DNA of 64,000 nucleotides from Candidatus Heimdallarchaeum aukensis (GTDB lineage Archaea; Asgardarchaeota; Heimdallarchaeia; Heimdallarchaeales; Heimdallarchaeaceae). Below, piece after piece: positions 48,928 through 58,394 of this stretch (position 1 is its first letter; each line of letters opens with the position of its first letter). Location: NCBI GenBank assembly GCA_021513695.1, contig CP084166.1:2976001-3040000 (forward strand), given 5' to 3'. The translations under genes and the position numbers were made by a program. The notes beneath the pieces were generated by a model. That model searched no databases, was not told the DNA's origin, and saw only the letters and a list, made by a program, of their open reading frames with translations.

Positions 48928-49665
48928 ATGGATTGTATGATATCCTTTGATGCTTTTTTCTTTGACTTAGATGGGACTTTAATAGACTTTAATCCCAATA
49001 ATTTTGTAAAAATCTATTTAGGAGCTGCTGCAAAGTATTTTAAGGATTTGATACCTGATAGTGACTATTTTATTCAATCAATATTAGATTCAACAAATGT
49101 AATGGAAATGGCTGAAACTCCAAAGAAACTAGCTTTATACGACTTTTTTGATGATTTTTGTCAAAAGTTCGATCCTGAATGTTCAACTATAATTCAGAGA
49201 TTTAGAAATTTCTATAATGAAGGTTTTAATGTAGTAGAGAAAATTATAAGACCTATTCCTTACGCTGAAACTGTTCTTTCATTTATTAGAGACAATTATC
49301 CAAAAAGCAAAATTGTTCTAGCAACAAATCCGGTTTTTCCAGAAGTAGCTATTATTAAAAGATTGAACTGGGGGGGATTGTCAGAAAATCTTTTTGATTA
49401 CATTACCCATGCTGAAAATAGCTATTATTGTAAAGGTTCTTTAAATTATTGGATAGACTTAGCAAAAAAACTTGATGTGAAACCTGAGAAAACATTGGTT
49501 GTAGGAAATGATGGAGAACGTGATATGATTGCCAAAAAAGCTGGTTTCAAGACATTCTTTTTGACACAAACTGCTGAAAATGAGCACTCCATAGAGAAAT
49601 ACAAACCGGACTACAAAGGGAGCTTGGAATCACTATTAAATTTATTAAATGAAAAGAAAGACTAA
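48928..49665 (+). CDS. HAD-superfamily hydrolase
   Basis: DAFFFDLDGTLID motif I; …VGNDGERDM… motif IV-like. Start chosen at the ATG right after the DegV stop. Confidence 0.7.
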   Translation: MDCMISFDAFFFDLDGTLIDFNPNNFVKIYLGAAAKYFKDLIPDSDYFIQSILDSTNVMEMAETPKKLALYDFFDDFCQKFDPECSTIIQRFRNFYNEGFNVVEKIIRPIPYAETVLSFIRDNYPKSKIVLATNPVFPEVAIIKRLNWGGLSENLFDYITHAENSYYCKGSLNYWIDLAKKLDVKPEKTLVVGNDGERDMIAKKAGFKTFFLTQTAENEHSIEKYKPDYKGSLESLLNLLNEKKD

Positions 49666-49711
49666 TAAGTTGTAAAAATAGCTTTTTCTTAGTTTATAAA
49701 ATTATGATTGC

Positions 49712-49782
49712 ATTCGCCTATGATGATGCAACGGTCTGCGATTCGAAAGAAAATGAACGCTGATGGGCGGGCTGAGGCGAAT
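49712..49782 (+). ncRNA. candidate C/D-box sRNA (2'-O-methylation guide) with 7-bp terminal stem
   Basis: GC-rich island in an AT-rich intergenic region. 5' stem attcgcc; C box aUGAUGA (49720-49726); 12-nt guide; degenerate D'/C' (…aUGAacg); 12-nt guide cugaugggcggg; D box CUGA (49772-49775); 3' stem ggcgaau complementary to the 5' stem. Confidence 0.4.
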
Positions 49783-49839
49783 TAAATATTTTCTTTAATT
49801 AAAAAAAGAAAGTAAATTGATTTTGTAAAAGAAATTTTC

Positions 49840-51543
49840 TTATTCTTTTACTGCTTTAATAACTTCTTTGTATTTGTAGAAGGCTAGTCTTTTGTGGCCA
49901 TTTTCTGCTACTAAACCGTTTAAATTAGCAGTAATAGTTCTATCCATCAAAGGATCACATATGAAACCAGTTATCTTCTGGTTATTTACCACTATTTCCA
50001 GCTGTCTAGCTAGGGTTCCTGCTTGAATTCTTTCTCCATACATCATAGGTGAAAAACTTGTTGAACTAATCCACACAGTCTTATTAGCTTGTACAGTTAT
50101 ATTCAGGTATTCATCGAAATTGAGGTCTCTATCTTGATAAACATAAATGTTGATTATTGCTAAATCAATAGTCGTAGAATTCCATAAATTATCGAACAAT
50201 CCGCTATCAATATCATCTAAGGTTACAGAAACTGCAACTTTTGTTTTATTAGAAAGTGAATGAATTAAGTTAGCAGTATTATTTATTGCTTGTGTCCAAT
50301 CGTTATTTGTTATAGTTTCTTCAGGATTCATGAAATAAGTTTGAAAAACAATTGGTTGAGGATAGATTACAAGATAATCTGGTTCATAATTTTCAACTAT
50401 CATTTGAGCCTCCATTTCTATTGTATTACTGTAATTTGCAAATGACTCATAGGGATAGCTCCATGTAGCATTTCCATAGGCAAAAAGAGCAATTTTCAAT
50501 CCTTCTGATTTAAGAGCATTGAGCATATTACCAAAAGATGTTTGATTTGCTAGAATAATATCAGTTAACACATCAATAGATACTGTATCTACTCCTAATT
50601 CTCTTATAAGATCAAGTTCTAGTGAAAAAATTTCTTCATAGTTTGATGGTAAAAAGGTTTGAAAGCTTCCAGTTCTAAGTGAAACAGCAAAACTAAAGTC
50701 TTCTCTTTGTATGTATGTTGGTTGATAATTTTTAGCAGTATATTGACTTAAAGATGATAGCACTCCCACTCCAATCATGCTAAATATTATTAAGAACAGG
50801 ACAATAAAAACAAAAATACCTTTTACTCCATTACTAAGAAAAGTCCCTATTCCTCTTTTTTCTTTCTTTTCTTGTTCTTTTTCTATTCTTTCAAGAAAAA
50901 CAGTACTTTTCTTTCTTGAAACTTTTTCTCCTTTTTTTTCTTGAGAAACAGCTTTTTTAGAAATTTGCTTCTTTTCTTCATCTACACTTTTTATTTTTCC
51001 TTTTTCAAAAAGATCAATAGGTATTGCTATCGGAATCAATATAAATAGTGGATACCAATAAGCTGTTCCTCCTGTAAAGAACAGAGCTTGAAGTAATCCA
51101 TATGAGATAGAAGGAATTGTTAATATCCAATTTAGAAAACGAGGAAGGTTTAATACGGTATAAGAAGCAATTACGTTTAATAATATTAGCGTTGAATATA
51201 AAGCCATAAAACTGAAAATTATTCCTCCCATACGCTTTAGAAAATCTGTTTCACTCTTGAAAATATAGACAGTAGCGATAATGTTGTTTACGCACAAGAA
51301 AAGAAAGCCAAAAAATCCAAGAAAGCCTGTAGACGGTAAATATAATCTTATGAACCATATAAAAGAAGATAGAGTTCCGATTGAAATCAATGCAGATGAG
51401 ATTAATGACCAAATAAACTGTTTATCTCTTTTCTTTCTTGAAAGATTCTTGTAAAGTGTTTTTACTACTATTACCATATTAAAAATAAATGCGAGAAATA
51501 TTAATACTATCGCACCATTTGTCCCAAGTAAAGCTGCCATCAT
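49840..51543 (-). CDS. polytopic membrane protein with large C-terminal extracytoplasmic TIM-barrel-like (glycoside-hydrolase-like) domain, hypothetical
   Basis: About 7 N-terminal TM helices, Lys/Glu-rich linker, about 330-aa C-terminal domain with N-glycosylation sequons. Confidence 0.5.
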   Translation of the reverse strand: MMAALLGTNGAIVLIFLAFIFNMVIVVKTLYKNLSRKKRDKQFIWSLISSALISIGTLSSFIWFIRLYLPSTGFLGFFGFLFLCVNNIIATVYIFKSETDFLKRMGGIIFSFMALYSTLILLNVIASYTVLNLPRFLNWILTIPSISYGLLQALFFTGGTAYWYPLFILIPIAIPIDLFEKGKIKSVDEEKKQISKKAVSQEKKGEKVSRKKSTVFLERIEKEQEKKEKRGIGTFLSNGVKGIFVFIVLFLIIFSMIGVGVLSSLSQYTAKNYQPTYIQREDFSFAVSLRTGSFQTFLPSNYEEIFSLELDLIRELGVDTVSIDVLTDIILANQTSFGNMLNALKSEGLKIALFAYGNATWSYPYESFANYSNTIEMEAQMIVENYEPDYLVIYPQPIVFQTYFMNPEETITNNDWTQAINNTANLIHSLSNKTKVAVSVTLDDIDSGLFDNLWNSTTIDLAIINIYVYQDRDLNFDEYLNITVQANKTVWISSTSFSPMMYGERIQAGTLARQLEIVVNNQKITGFICDPLMDRTITANLNGLVAENGHKRLAFYKYKEVIKAVKE

Positions 51544-51647
51544 TTTGTTTTTTGGTGGATATCTATTAAAATGTTGGGTTTTGCTTCATATTTAGCTTTT
51601 CAGAAAATTTTGGTGTTTAAATAATATGGTGACAGAGTACACTGAAA

Positions 51648-52022
51648 GTGTTAACTATGTTCACTTATGAGCTAGAGGACGAATACTTAACATTCATCAA
51701 AGAGAGCATAAAGGAGCATATATTTCAGTTACTCGATGAAAATAATGGAAAAATATCGTTAATGAAATTATTTGAAAAAATGATACACATAAATAATCAT
51801 TATTTGGCACAGAAATTAAGAATAGATGCGGCATTACATGAATTAGAATTGCAAGGGATAATTGAAATAAAAAATAAGCAAATAAGAAGGTTATCAATGG
51901 GTGTATTTGATGAAACTGGCTTTAAAGAAGAATATGTAAAAAACTTTTACGAAAAGAGGAAAAAGGATGAAGAAATAAGGAGAATGATTAGAGCTCTTAG
52001 TCAAACTATACTTTCAGAATAA
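51648..52022 (+). CDS. hypothetical small protein, possible winged-helix
   Basis: 124 aa, helical, no clear motif. Confidence 0.4.
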   Translation: MLTMFTYELEDEYLTFIKESIKEHIFQLLDENNGKISLMKLFEKMIHINNHYLAQKLRIDAALHELELQGIIEIKNKQIRRLSMGVFDETGFKEEYVKNFYEKRKKDEEIRRMIRALSQTILSE

Positions 52023-52071
52023 TTTTTACTAAAAGTTTTTATTTTGAAATCAGTAATAGTTCTATGATACT

Positions 52072-52950
52072 ATGTCCGAAACAAATATACCTCGAATTGT
52101 TCTGGGTTCTGTATTGTATCCCTATTTTGAGCGCATCCCACAGGATCACATACTAAGAAACAAAGAAGAACTTGTTAAGTTGGTTGAGCGGTGTTATCAT
52201 GCAGGAGCAAAAGCGTTTTTATTTTATCTTTATAACAAAGAAATTGTTGAAATAGCAAACAGTATTACTGAAAGTATTCCTGATATTTTGTCAATGTTTC
52301 TCATAAAGTTTGACAACATGGATTACATATTAAACCTTCTTAAAGAACTCAAGAAAAAGCCCTATATTCTATTTTTGTCTTCTGAAATAAGTGATCAGAG
52401 AGACTCAGAACTTATACAACGGTTTAGGAAAGCTTTGAGCAAACATGCTGAACATATAGGCATATATTCAAGAGAGCCAATAGGCACAGTTTCCCAGTTA
52501 ATTACAAGTAATGGGGATATTGAGCATTTTCTAATACCTTTTAATTTGTTAGGTTATGGTGTCCAAAATAGAGCTTTACTTGAGATGATTGTTAACTCTT
52601 CTGAAAATATTTACTATAGCTCTAATCCCGTAGCTGATGGTAAACTAAAAGTAAGGCAGGCTTTAGAATATATTTCGAATCATAATGTCAGAGGAATTTT
52701 AGTAGAATTAGAAGACGAAGAAGACATGTTAGAAACAATAAAGTACGGGAGATATTTCTTAGAAACAAAAGATTTCTTACAAATAACGCTTGAATTTGAA
52801 GATATTACAGATGTATGTGAGTATTGTGGAATAGGAATGGAAAGATATTATCCACCAAGCAAGAGTGGAGGAAGTTACTTCTACTGTCCTTCATGTGGAC
52901 ATACAAAACAAATAACAGAAGTAACATACCAAGAGGAAACAGAAAAATAA
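52072..52950 (+). CDS. hypothetical protein with C-terminal zinc ribbon
   Basis: C-terminal CEYCG…CPSCGH; no other motifs. Confidence 0.5.
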   Translation: MSETNIPRIVLGSVLYPYFERIPQDHILRNKEELVKLVERCYHAGAKAFLFYLYNKEIVEIANSITESIPDILSMFLIKFDNMDYILNLLKELKKKPYILFLSSEISDQRDSELIQRFRKALSKHAEHIGIYSREPIGTVSQLITSNGDIEHFLIPFNLLGYGVQNRALLEMIVNSSENIYYSSNPVADGKLKVRQALEYISNHNVRGILVELEDEEDMLETIKYGRYFLETKDFLQITLEFEDITDVCEYCGIGMERYYPPSKSGGSYFYCPSCGHTKQITEVTYQEETEK

Positions 52951-53204
52951 TTTCAATTGGAAAAAATAAAAACAAAGATAAAACTTGAGTTAAGAAATAG
53001 TAAAGTAACTTTTATTTAATTAGCAAAGATATCTATTCTTAAAGATAATATTACTGTTATCACTTTAAAATATATTTTTGTAATTTTCAAAAAAATAGAA
53101 ACGATTATCTATGTTATTAGCTGAACTTCAATATCTGACTAATTGATTATATTAATAAAGTACAGTGTTTTCTCTTTGTTAGATAGGAAAGAGTGTTGAT
53201 ACGT

Positions 53205-53792
53205 ATGGCTAGATGTAAATATTGTAACAAAATAATTCCCGATGAAGCTGAATTTTGTCCTTACTGCGGAAAAAAGAAGCCTATAAGAAAAATTGTGGGT
53301 GAAATCGAAGACATAACAAAAAAAGTTAGAGAAAAAATCGAAAAAAGAATTCCCACTATAAGGAAACAAGCTTTAGAAATACTAGACAGATTGTCATCTA
53401 AAGCAAAACAAGCTTCTCTTCCAGATTTTGTGGATAGAACAAAGGTTATCTCAATTCTTAATGATTTGAAAGCTAAATTAGATACTGAAACTGATCAATC
53501 CAAGATACAAGAATACTCTGAATGGGCTAATTTGATTGAGCAGACGATTAGTGGAGAAAATTGTATAATTTGTTATCAACCATTTGATATTCATAAAGAT
53601 GGTCATTTAGACGTCTCTCTCTGCCCTTCATGTCATTATGCCGCTCACGTTAATCATTTTGAAGCTTGGTTAGACAAAAAAGCTGTATGTCCAATATGTA
53701 AGGCTTCAATATCTAAAAATCAACTAGTTCGAGGGTATATTCAACATAAAGAAGGTGAAATTGTTTTTACTTCTTCAGAAAAACAATTTTAA
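53205..53792 (+). CDS. zinc-ribbon + RING/PHD-type (C4H2C2) zinc-finger protein
   Basis: N-terminal CKYC…CPYCG; C-terminal CIICYQPF-x16-CPSC-HYAAH-VNH-x10-CPICK matches C-x2-C-x(9-21)-C-x2-C-x4-H-x2-H/C-x10-C-x2-C treble-clef spacing. Confidence 0.6.
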   Translation: MARCKYCNKIIPDEAEFCPYCGKKKPIRKIVGEIEDITKKVREKIEKRIPTIRKQALEILDRLSSKAKQASLPDFVDRTKVISILNDLKAKLDTETDQSKIQEYSEWANLIEQTISGENCIICYQPFDIHKDGHLDVSLCPSCHYAAHVNHFEAWLDKKAVCPICKASISKNQLVRGYIQHKEGEIVFTSSEKQF

Positions 53793-53815
53793 ATCCTCTT
53801 TTTTTTATAGTTTTA

Positions 53816-54421
53816 ATGATAGTTAATAAATCTGAACTTGCAAGGATTTTAGTTTCAAATAATATCCTCAAATTTGGCTCTTTTACATTAAAATCTGGGG
53901 CAAAAAGCTGGTTCTATGTTGATTTAAGACTCATTCCTTCCATTCCTGAAGTATTCAACTATGTTATTGAATCATATATTAAAAAAATAAATGAATTAGA
54001 CACAGTAGATGCTGTTGCAGGAATAGCTGTTGCAGGAATACCTTTTTCCTCTGTTATAGGTTATAAACTTAATTTGCCTTCTTTAATAGTAAGAAAACAA
54101 TCAAAAGATTATGGATTACAGAAAATGGTCGAAGGGAGAGCTAAAGAGAAAGCAATTATTTTACTTATTGATGATGTAATTACCACTGGAGGAAGTAAAA
54201 CCCCTGCTATTCTCGCTCTTCGAGAAAATAACTATGTGGTAAAGGATCTTTTAGTACTTATAGATAGAAGTGAAGGAAAAGCAGAAGAATTAAAGAAACA
54301 AGGGGTTACAGTCCATTCTGTAGCTAAGATAGAAGAAATTTTTGAAGAATGCTTGAATTTATCTGATGAAGACATATCTCCAAATATTAAAGAAATAATA
54401 AGAAATAATTTCAAAAACTAA
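53816..54421 (+). CDS. pyrE: orotate phosphoribosyltransferase
   Basis: KFGSFTLKSGAKSWFYVDLR; PRPP-binding loop LLIDDVITTGGS. Confidence 0.8.
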   Translation: MIVNKSELARILVSNNILKFGSFTLKSGAKSWFYVDLRLIPSIPEVFNYVIESYIKKINELDTVDAVAGIAVAGIPFSSVIGYKLNLPSLIVRKQSKDYGLQKMVEGRAKEKAIILLIDDVITTGGSKTPAILALRENNYVVKDLLVLIDRSEGKAEELKKQGVTVHSVAKIEEIFEECLNLSDEDISPNIKEIIRNNFKN

Positions 54422-55221
54422 AATCTCACTCTTCTTCTTACTACTTCTTTCTGTTTTTCATTGAACATTTTTTGATACTTTTCAGCTTCTTTTTTAGGAT
54501 CTGAAGAATAAATAATTGCTCTACCTACATTAACCATAGTCTTAGCTCCAAAGTGGAAAAAGAGAGAATCAGCACTTCCACCTTGTGCTCCTACTCCAGG
54601 AACTAAAGCAATACATCTGTCACCTACCTTTTTTCTAATTAAAGCTACATCCTCTTTTGATACATGACCTGTAGCTCCAATCACACAACCATCAGAAGAA
54701 GCTTCTTTGATCTGATTGGCAATATAAAGATAAAGAGGATTGTTATCAATTGTTGCTTTTTTCTGGTATTCTGCTTCAGGATTAGACATAAGTGTAAGTA
54801 CAATTATTCCTAATCCATGTTTATGGGCTGTCTTTGTTGCTTCTTTTGTGTTTCCAGCAAAAGGAGAAAAAGTAAAAGCATCAAATCCCTCTTCTTTAAA
54901 CCAGTAAATAGCAGAATCATTAGTTGAACCTATATCTCCAAGTTTATGATCAATAATAGAAAGCATACCTAAAGAGTGAATAAGTTTGTTTATTTCTTTA
55001 ACCTCATCAATTGTCAATCCAATGATATATTGTCTATTAATTTTTATTACACTTGTATGTTTTTCTACTGCTTTGATTGTGTCTATCATAAACTCTAGTT
55101 TTGTCATCCCTTTAGGAATAGTATTTTTTTCTCTTTGATTTGGTATTGCAGGATCTAAGCCTACACACAAATAGCTTTTCTTGATTTTAGAATGTTCCAG
55201 ATACTTATCTACAAAATTCAT
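54418..55221 (-). CDS. pyrF: orotidine-5'-phosphate decarboxylase
   Basis: LCVGLDP motif, about 267 aa; last gene of the minus-strand pyr operon. Confidence 0.8.
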   Translation of the reverse strand: MNFVDKYLEHSKIKKSYLCVGLDPAIPNQREKNTIPKGMTKLEFMIDTIKAVEKHTSVIKINRQYIIGLTIDEVKEINKLIHSLGMLSIIDHKLGDIGSTNDSAIYWFKEEGFDAFTFSPFAGNTKEATKTAHKHGLGIIVLTLMSNPEAEYQKKATIDNNPLYLYIANQIKEASSDGCVIGATGHVSKEDVALIRKKVGDRCIALVPGVGAQGGSADSLFFHFGAKTMVNVGRAIIYSSDPKKEAEKYQKMFNEKQKEVVRRRVRF

Positions 55222-55234
55222 TCTTTTATTCCTC

Positions 55235-56428
55235 TTATCTCTTCAACATTATCTTTCCATCTTTTATAACGTATTTGATGTTAGCATATAGTGGAAGATT
55301 TTCGAAAGCTGACCATTTAACTTTTGATTTTACCCAGTCTTTATCGATAAAAATGGCTTCTTTAAGGTCAGCAATAATTATATTTCCATCTTCTATACTC
55401 GCATTGTTTATATTAAGTAATTTAGAAGGAAAACTATGATATGCTTCTATTCCTCTATCCCACGTAATTTCTCCTCTTTTTACTAAACTGAAAACAGAAG
55501 GTAATAGCTCTTGCACTCCAGGCATACCACTTAACCTTTTTTCTTTCTTTTCTTCTATGGTGTGAGGAGAGTGATCAGAGCTTATCATCTCAATTTCACC
55601 AGTAGAAAAGGCATCTTTTATTTCTATTCTATCTCCTTCTAACCTCAGCGGAGGATTGACTTTCTTTTTCCATTCTTCAATTTCACTCTTTTCATCAAAA
55701 AAAATGTAACGAGGACAAGTGTCAACTGTTAGATTGTTTCTTTTTGTTACTCTAAGCACACGGAGGGCAAGATAGGATGAAAGGTGAGTAACGTGAAATT
55801 TTAGTTTTGGGTAAATAGAAGCCCAGATACTTATTTGTCTCACAGCTTCTCCTTCTGCTTCTGGAGGACGTTGTTCAAGATGACTTTTCTTGTTTTTGTT
55901 TTCATTTAGAATATCCGGGTCTTCAGCATGAAAAATAATCGGTTTGTCTGTTTCTATGTCTTCAAGAATTGAAAGAGCTTTTTCTATATTTTCTTTAGTT
56001 ATTGAAAGGTTTCCAAAAGATTCAGACATAAAAACTTTGTAAGCATCACATACTTCATCTATTTCTCTTAACTGGTTAATATTTGAGTTAGTTATTGCAG
56101 AGGCAACAAGTATATCGATTTGGCTTTTTTTCGCTAGTTCTTTCTTTAGAATGATATTCTTCACTGAATCAGTAATAGGATTAGTATTAGGCATGTCTAA
56201 GACTTTAACTACTCCACCATTTAGTGCAGCAATTGACCCTGAAACGAAGTCCTCTTTATGTTCATAACCTGGTTGACGAAAATGAACATGAATATCAATT
56301 CCTACGGGTAGACCAATTAATCGTGTTCCATCAATCTTTATATCTTCTTTAGATTCAATTTCTAAATCTTGAATGTAGAAATCTTTTGTTAAATTGTCCC
56401 AACTTTCTATATTTTCTATTTTTATCAA
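55235..56428 (-). CDS. pyrC: dihydroorotase
   Basis: GIDIHVHFRQPG (HxH metal site), amidohydrolase fold; position within the pyr operon. Confidence 0.8.
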   Translation of the reverse strand: MIKIENIESWDNLTKDFYIQDLEIESKEDIKIDGTRLIGLPVGIDIHVHFRQPGYEHKEDFVSGSIAALNGGVVKVLDMPNTNPITDSVKNIILKKELAKKSQIDILVASAITNSNINQLREIDEVCDAYKVFMSESFGNLSITKENIEKALSILEDIETDKPIIFHAEDPDILNENKNKKSHLEQRPPEAEGEAVRQISIWASIYPKLKFHVTHLSSYLALRVLRVTKRNNLTVDTCPRYIFFDEKSEIEEWKKKVNPPLRLEGDRIEIKDAFSTGEIEMISSDHSPHTIEEKKEKRLSGMPGVQELLPSVFSLVKRGEITWDRGIEAYHSFPSKLLNINNASIEDGNIIIADLKEAIFIDKDWVKSKVKWSAFENLPLYANIKYVIKDGKIMLKR

Positions 56429-57283
56429 TCAAATCTCCTCTTTTTTTCCACTTGGTAAACGAGAATAATTACCAAAATCATCCATTTTTTCTAATTGCTC
56501 TCTAGAAAAAACAGGACCGTCGACGCAGATTCTTAGTCCTTCTGGATCTACAACACAAGCACCACAAAGACCAAAGCCACAACGCATGTGTCTATCAGCT
56601 AAACTCATTTGTATGTCAATAATATGGTTATAATTTTTACAGATATCAAACAATATTTTCATCATTTTTTCTGGTCCTGCAGAATATATAACAACACTTT
56701 TCTCATTATCTTTATTTAAATACTCCTTTACCCCTTCAGTAGGAAAACCTTTTTTTCCATAACTTCCATCATCAGTAAATGGGAAAAAATCTATTTTTTT
56801 CTCTTTTTTCCATTTTTCTAGAAGTTCAACATAAAGCAGTTTTTCTTTTGTTCTTGCTCCTTCAAAAACAAAGATTTCATCTTGTTCAGTTCTTCCTTTA
56901 ATTATCTCTTCTATTAAGTACTTAAGAGGGGGCATGCCGTACCCTCCCCCAACAATAATATGTGTGATTGATTTTTTAATCCGGAAAGCTTTTCCAAAAA
57001 ATCCTCTTATCCCTACAAGATCTCCTTGTTCAAGTTCAAACAATGCTTTTGTTCCTTCTCCAACTTTGGCAACGCAAAGTTCTAGTATCTGGTCCTTAAT
57101 CCCTGCGACACCTATTGGAAATTCATCTATTCCAGGAACCCATAACATAACAAATTGTCCGGGTTTAGGTTTTTTTGGTGTAAAAGGAAGTTTAATAGAA
57201 AATGTTCGTGTATCTTCGTTTTCTTCCATTATTTTAATAATTTTACACATCTCTGGTTTAGAGTTGTGAAAATACTTAGTCAT
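56429..57283 (-). CDS. pyrK: dihydroorotate dehydrogenase electron-transfer subunit (FAD/[2Fe-2S])
   Basis: FNR-like fold; C-terminal CGFGLCGACVV…C cluster. Confidence 0.85.
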   Translation of the reverse strand: MTKYFHNSKPEMCKIIKIMEENEDTRTFSIKLPFTPKKPKPGQFVMLWVPGIDEFPIGVAGIKDQILELCVAKVGEGTKALFELEQGDLVGIRGFFGKAFRIKKSITHIIVGGGYGMPPLKYLIEEIIKGRTEQDEIFVFEGARTKEKLLYVELLEKWKKEKKIDFFPFTDDGSYGKKGFPTEGVKEYLNKDNEKSVVIYSAGPEKMMKILFDICKNYNHIIDIQMSLADRHMRCGFGLCGACVVDPEGLRICVDGPVFSREQLEKMDDFGNYSRLPSGKKEEI

Positions 57284-58208
57284 TATGGGCTCCTCCTATT
57301 AATTCAGAAATAGACTCTACCTTTTGTTCATGCATGTATTTCTTTATTTGTTGGATAAATAAGTTAGTTTTATTCTCTGGATATTTTATTCCTATAGCTG
57401 TTCCAACTTCCACTGCAGATGCTCCAGCGAGTAAATATTCTATGACATCATATCCTGAATTTATTCCCCCCACACCTACAATGGGGATAGTTTCTCCAAA
57501 ACGTTCGAATAAGTCATAAACAAACCTAATCCCAATTGGTTTAATCGCTGCTCCAGATAACCCTCCTCTCTTAAAACCCAAAATAGGTTTTTTTGAATAT
57601 ATATCAATAATCATGGCTTTTAAAGTGTTGATTGCTACTAAAGCCGAAGCACCTCCTTTTATTGCAGCTTCTGCAATTTCAAAAATATCTGTGATGTTGG
57701 GAGTAAGTTTAACCCAAATTGGTTTAGAAGTTCTTTTTTGCATTTCTTTTGTAATTTCATAAACAAGTTGGGGGTCTGTTCCTACTGCTAGTCCTTCTTT
57801 TTCAGTATTGGGACAAGAAAGATTTAACTCGAAACAAAGAAAAGGTAAATCATCTAACCCTTCTAATACTTCACTAAATTCATCAATATTACCACCAAAT
57901 ATAGAAACAATGGTAGGGACCTCTTTTTCGATGAGAATCTTTAATTCTTCTCTGTATAGTTTGTAACCAGGGTTAGCTAGTCCAACAGAGTTAATTGCAC
58001 TCTTGATCTCATGTAGAAAAAAAACACTAGGATTAGGGTTTCCTTTTCTCTCATCAATTCCAATACTTTTTGTTATAACTGCTCCAAAACCTGAATTGTA
58101 AATTCTGTTTAGTGAAGAATAGGAAGAACCTAGAACTCCTGAAGCTAGAATCAAAGGGTTACGTAGTGTTATTTTTCCTATTTTTGTTTCAAGGTTCATC
58201 AAAAACAT
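57276..58208 (-). CDS. pyrD: dihydroorotate dehydrogenase catalytic subunit (class 1B)
   Basis: …LILASGVLGS…, NLSCPN, GGI…G motifs; overlaps the pyrK start by 8 nt. Confidence 0.85.
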   Translation of the reverse strand: MFLMNLETKIGKITLRNPLILASGVLGSSYSSLNRIYNSGFGAVITKSIGIDERKGNPNPSVFFLHEIKSAINSVGLANPGYKLYREELKILIEKEVPTIVSIFGGNIDEFSEVLEGLDDLPFLCFELNLSCPNTEKEGLAVGTDPQLVYEITKEMQKRTSKPIWVKLTPNITDIFEIAEAAIKGGASALVAINTLKAMIIDIYSKKPILGFKRGGLSGAAIKPIGIRFVYDLFERFGETIPIVGVGGINSGYDVIEYLLAGASAVEVGTAIGIKYPENKTNLFIQQIKKYMHEQKVESISELIGGAHND

Positions 58209-58394
58209 TTTGTTTAGCTATTATTAAAATTTTAGAAGAAACTATACAGATTTGAATTTTGTAAACTTTTTTAATAAAAGTTTAACTTTATTGTTTAACT
58301 TGACCTAAAGGAAGGAAAAAAGTATTTCTTATAATAATAAAACATTAATACTGAGATGTAAAAGTCCTTTATCTCTCAATTTATATTAAATCTG

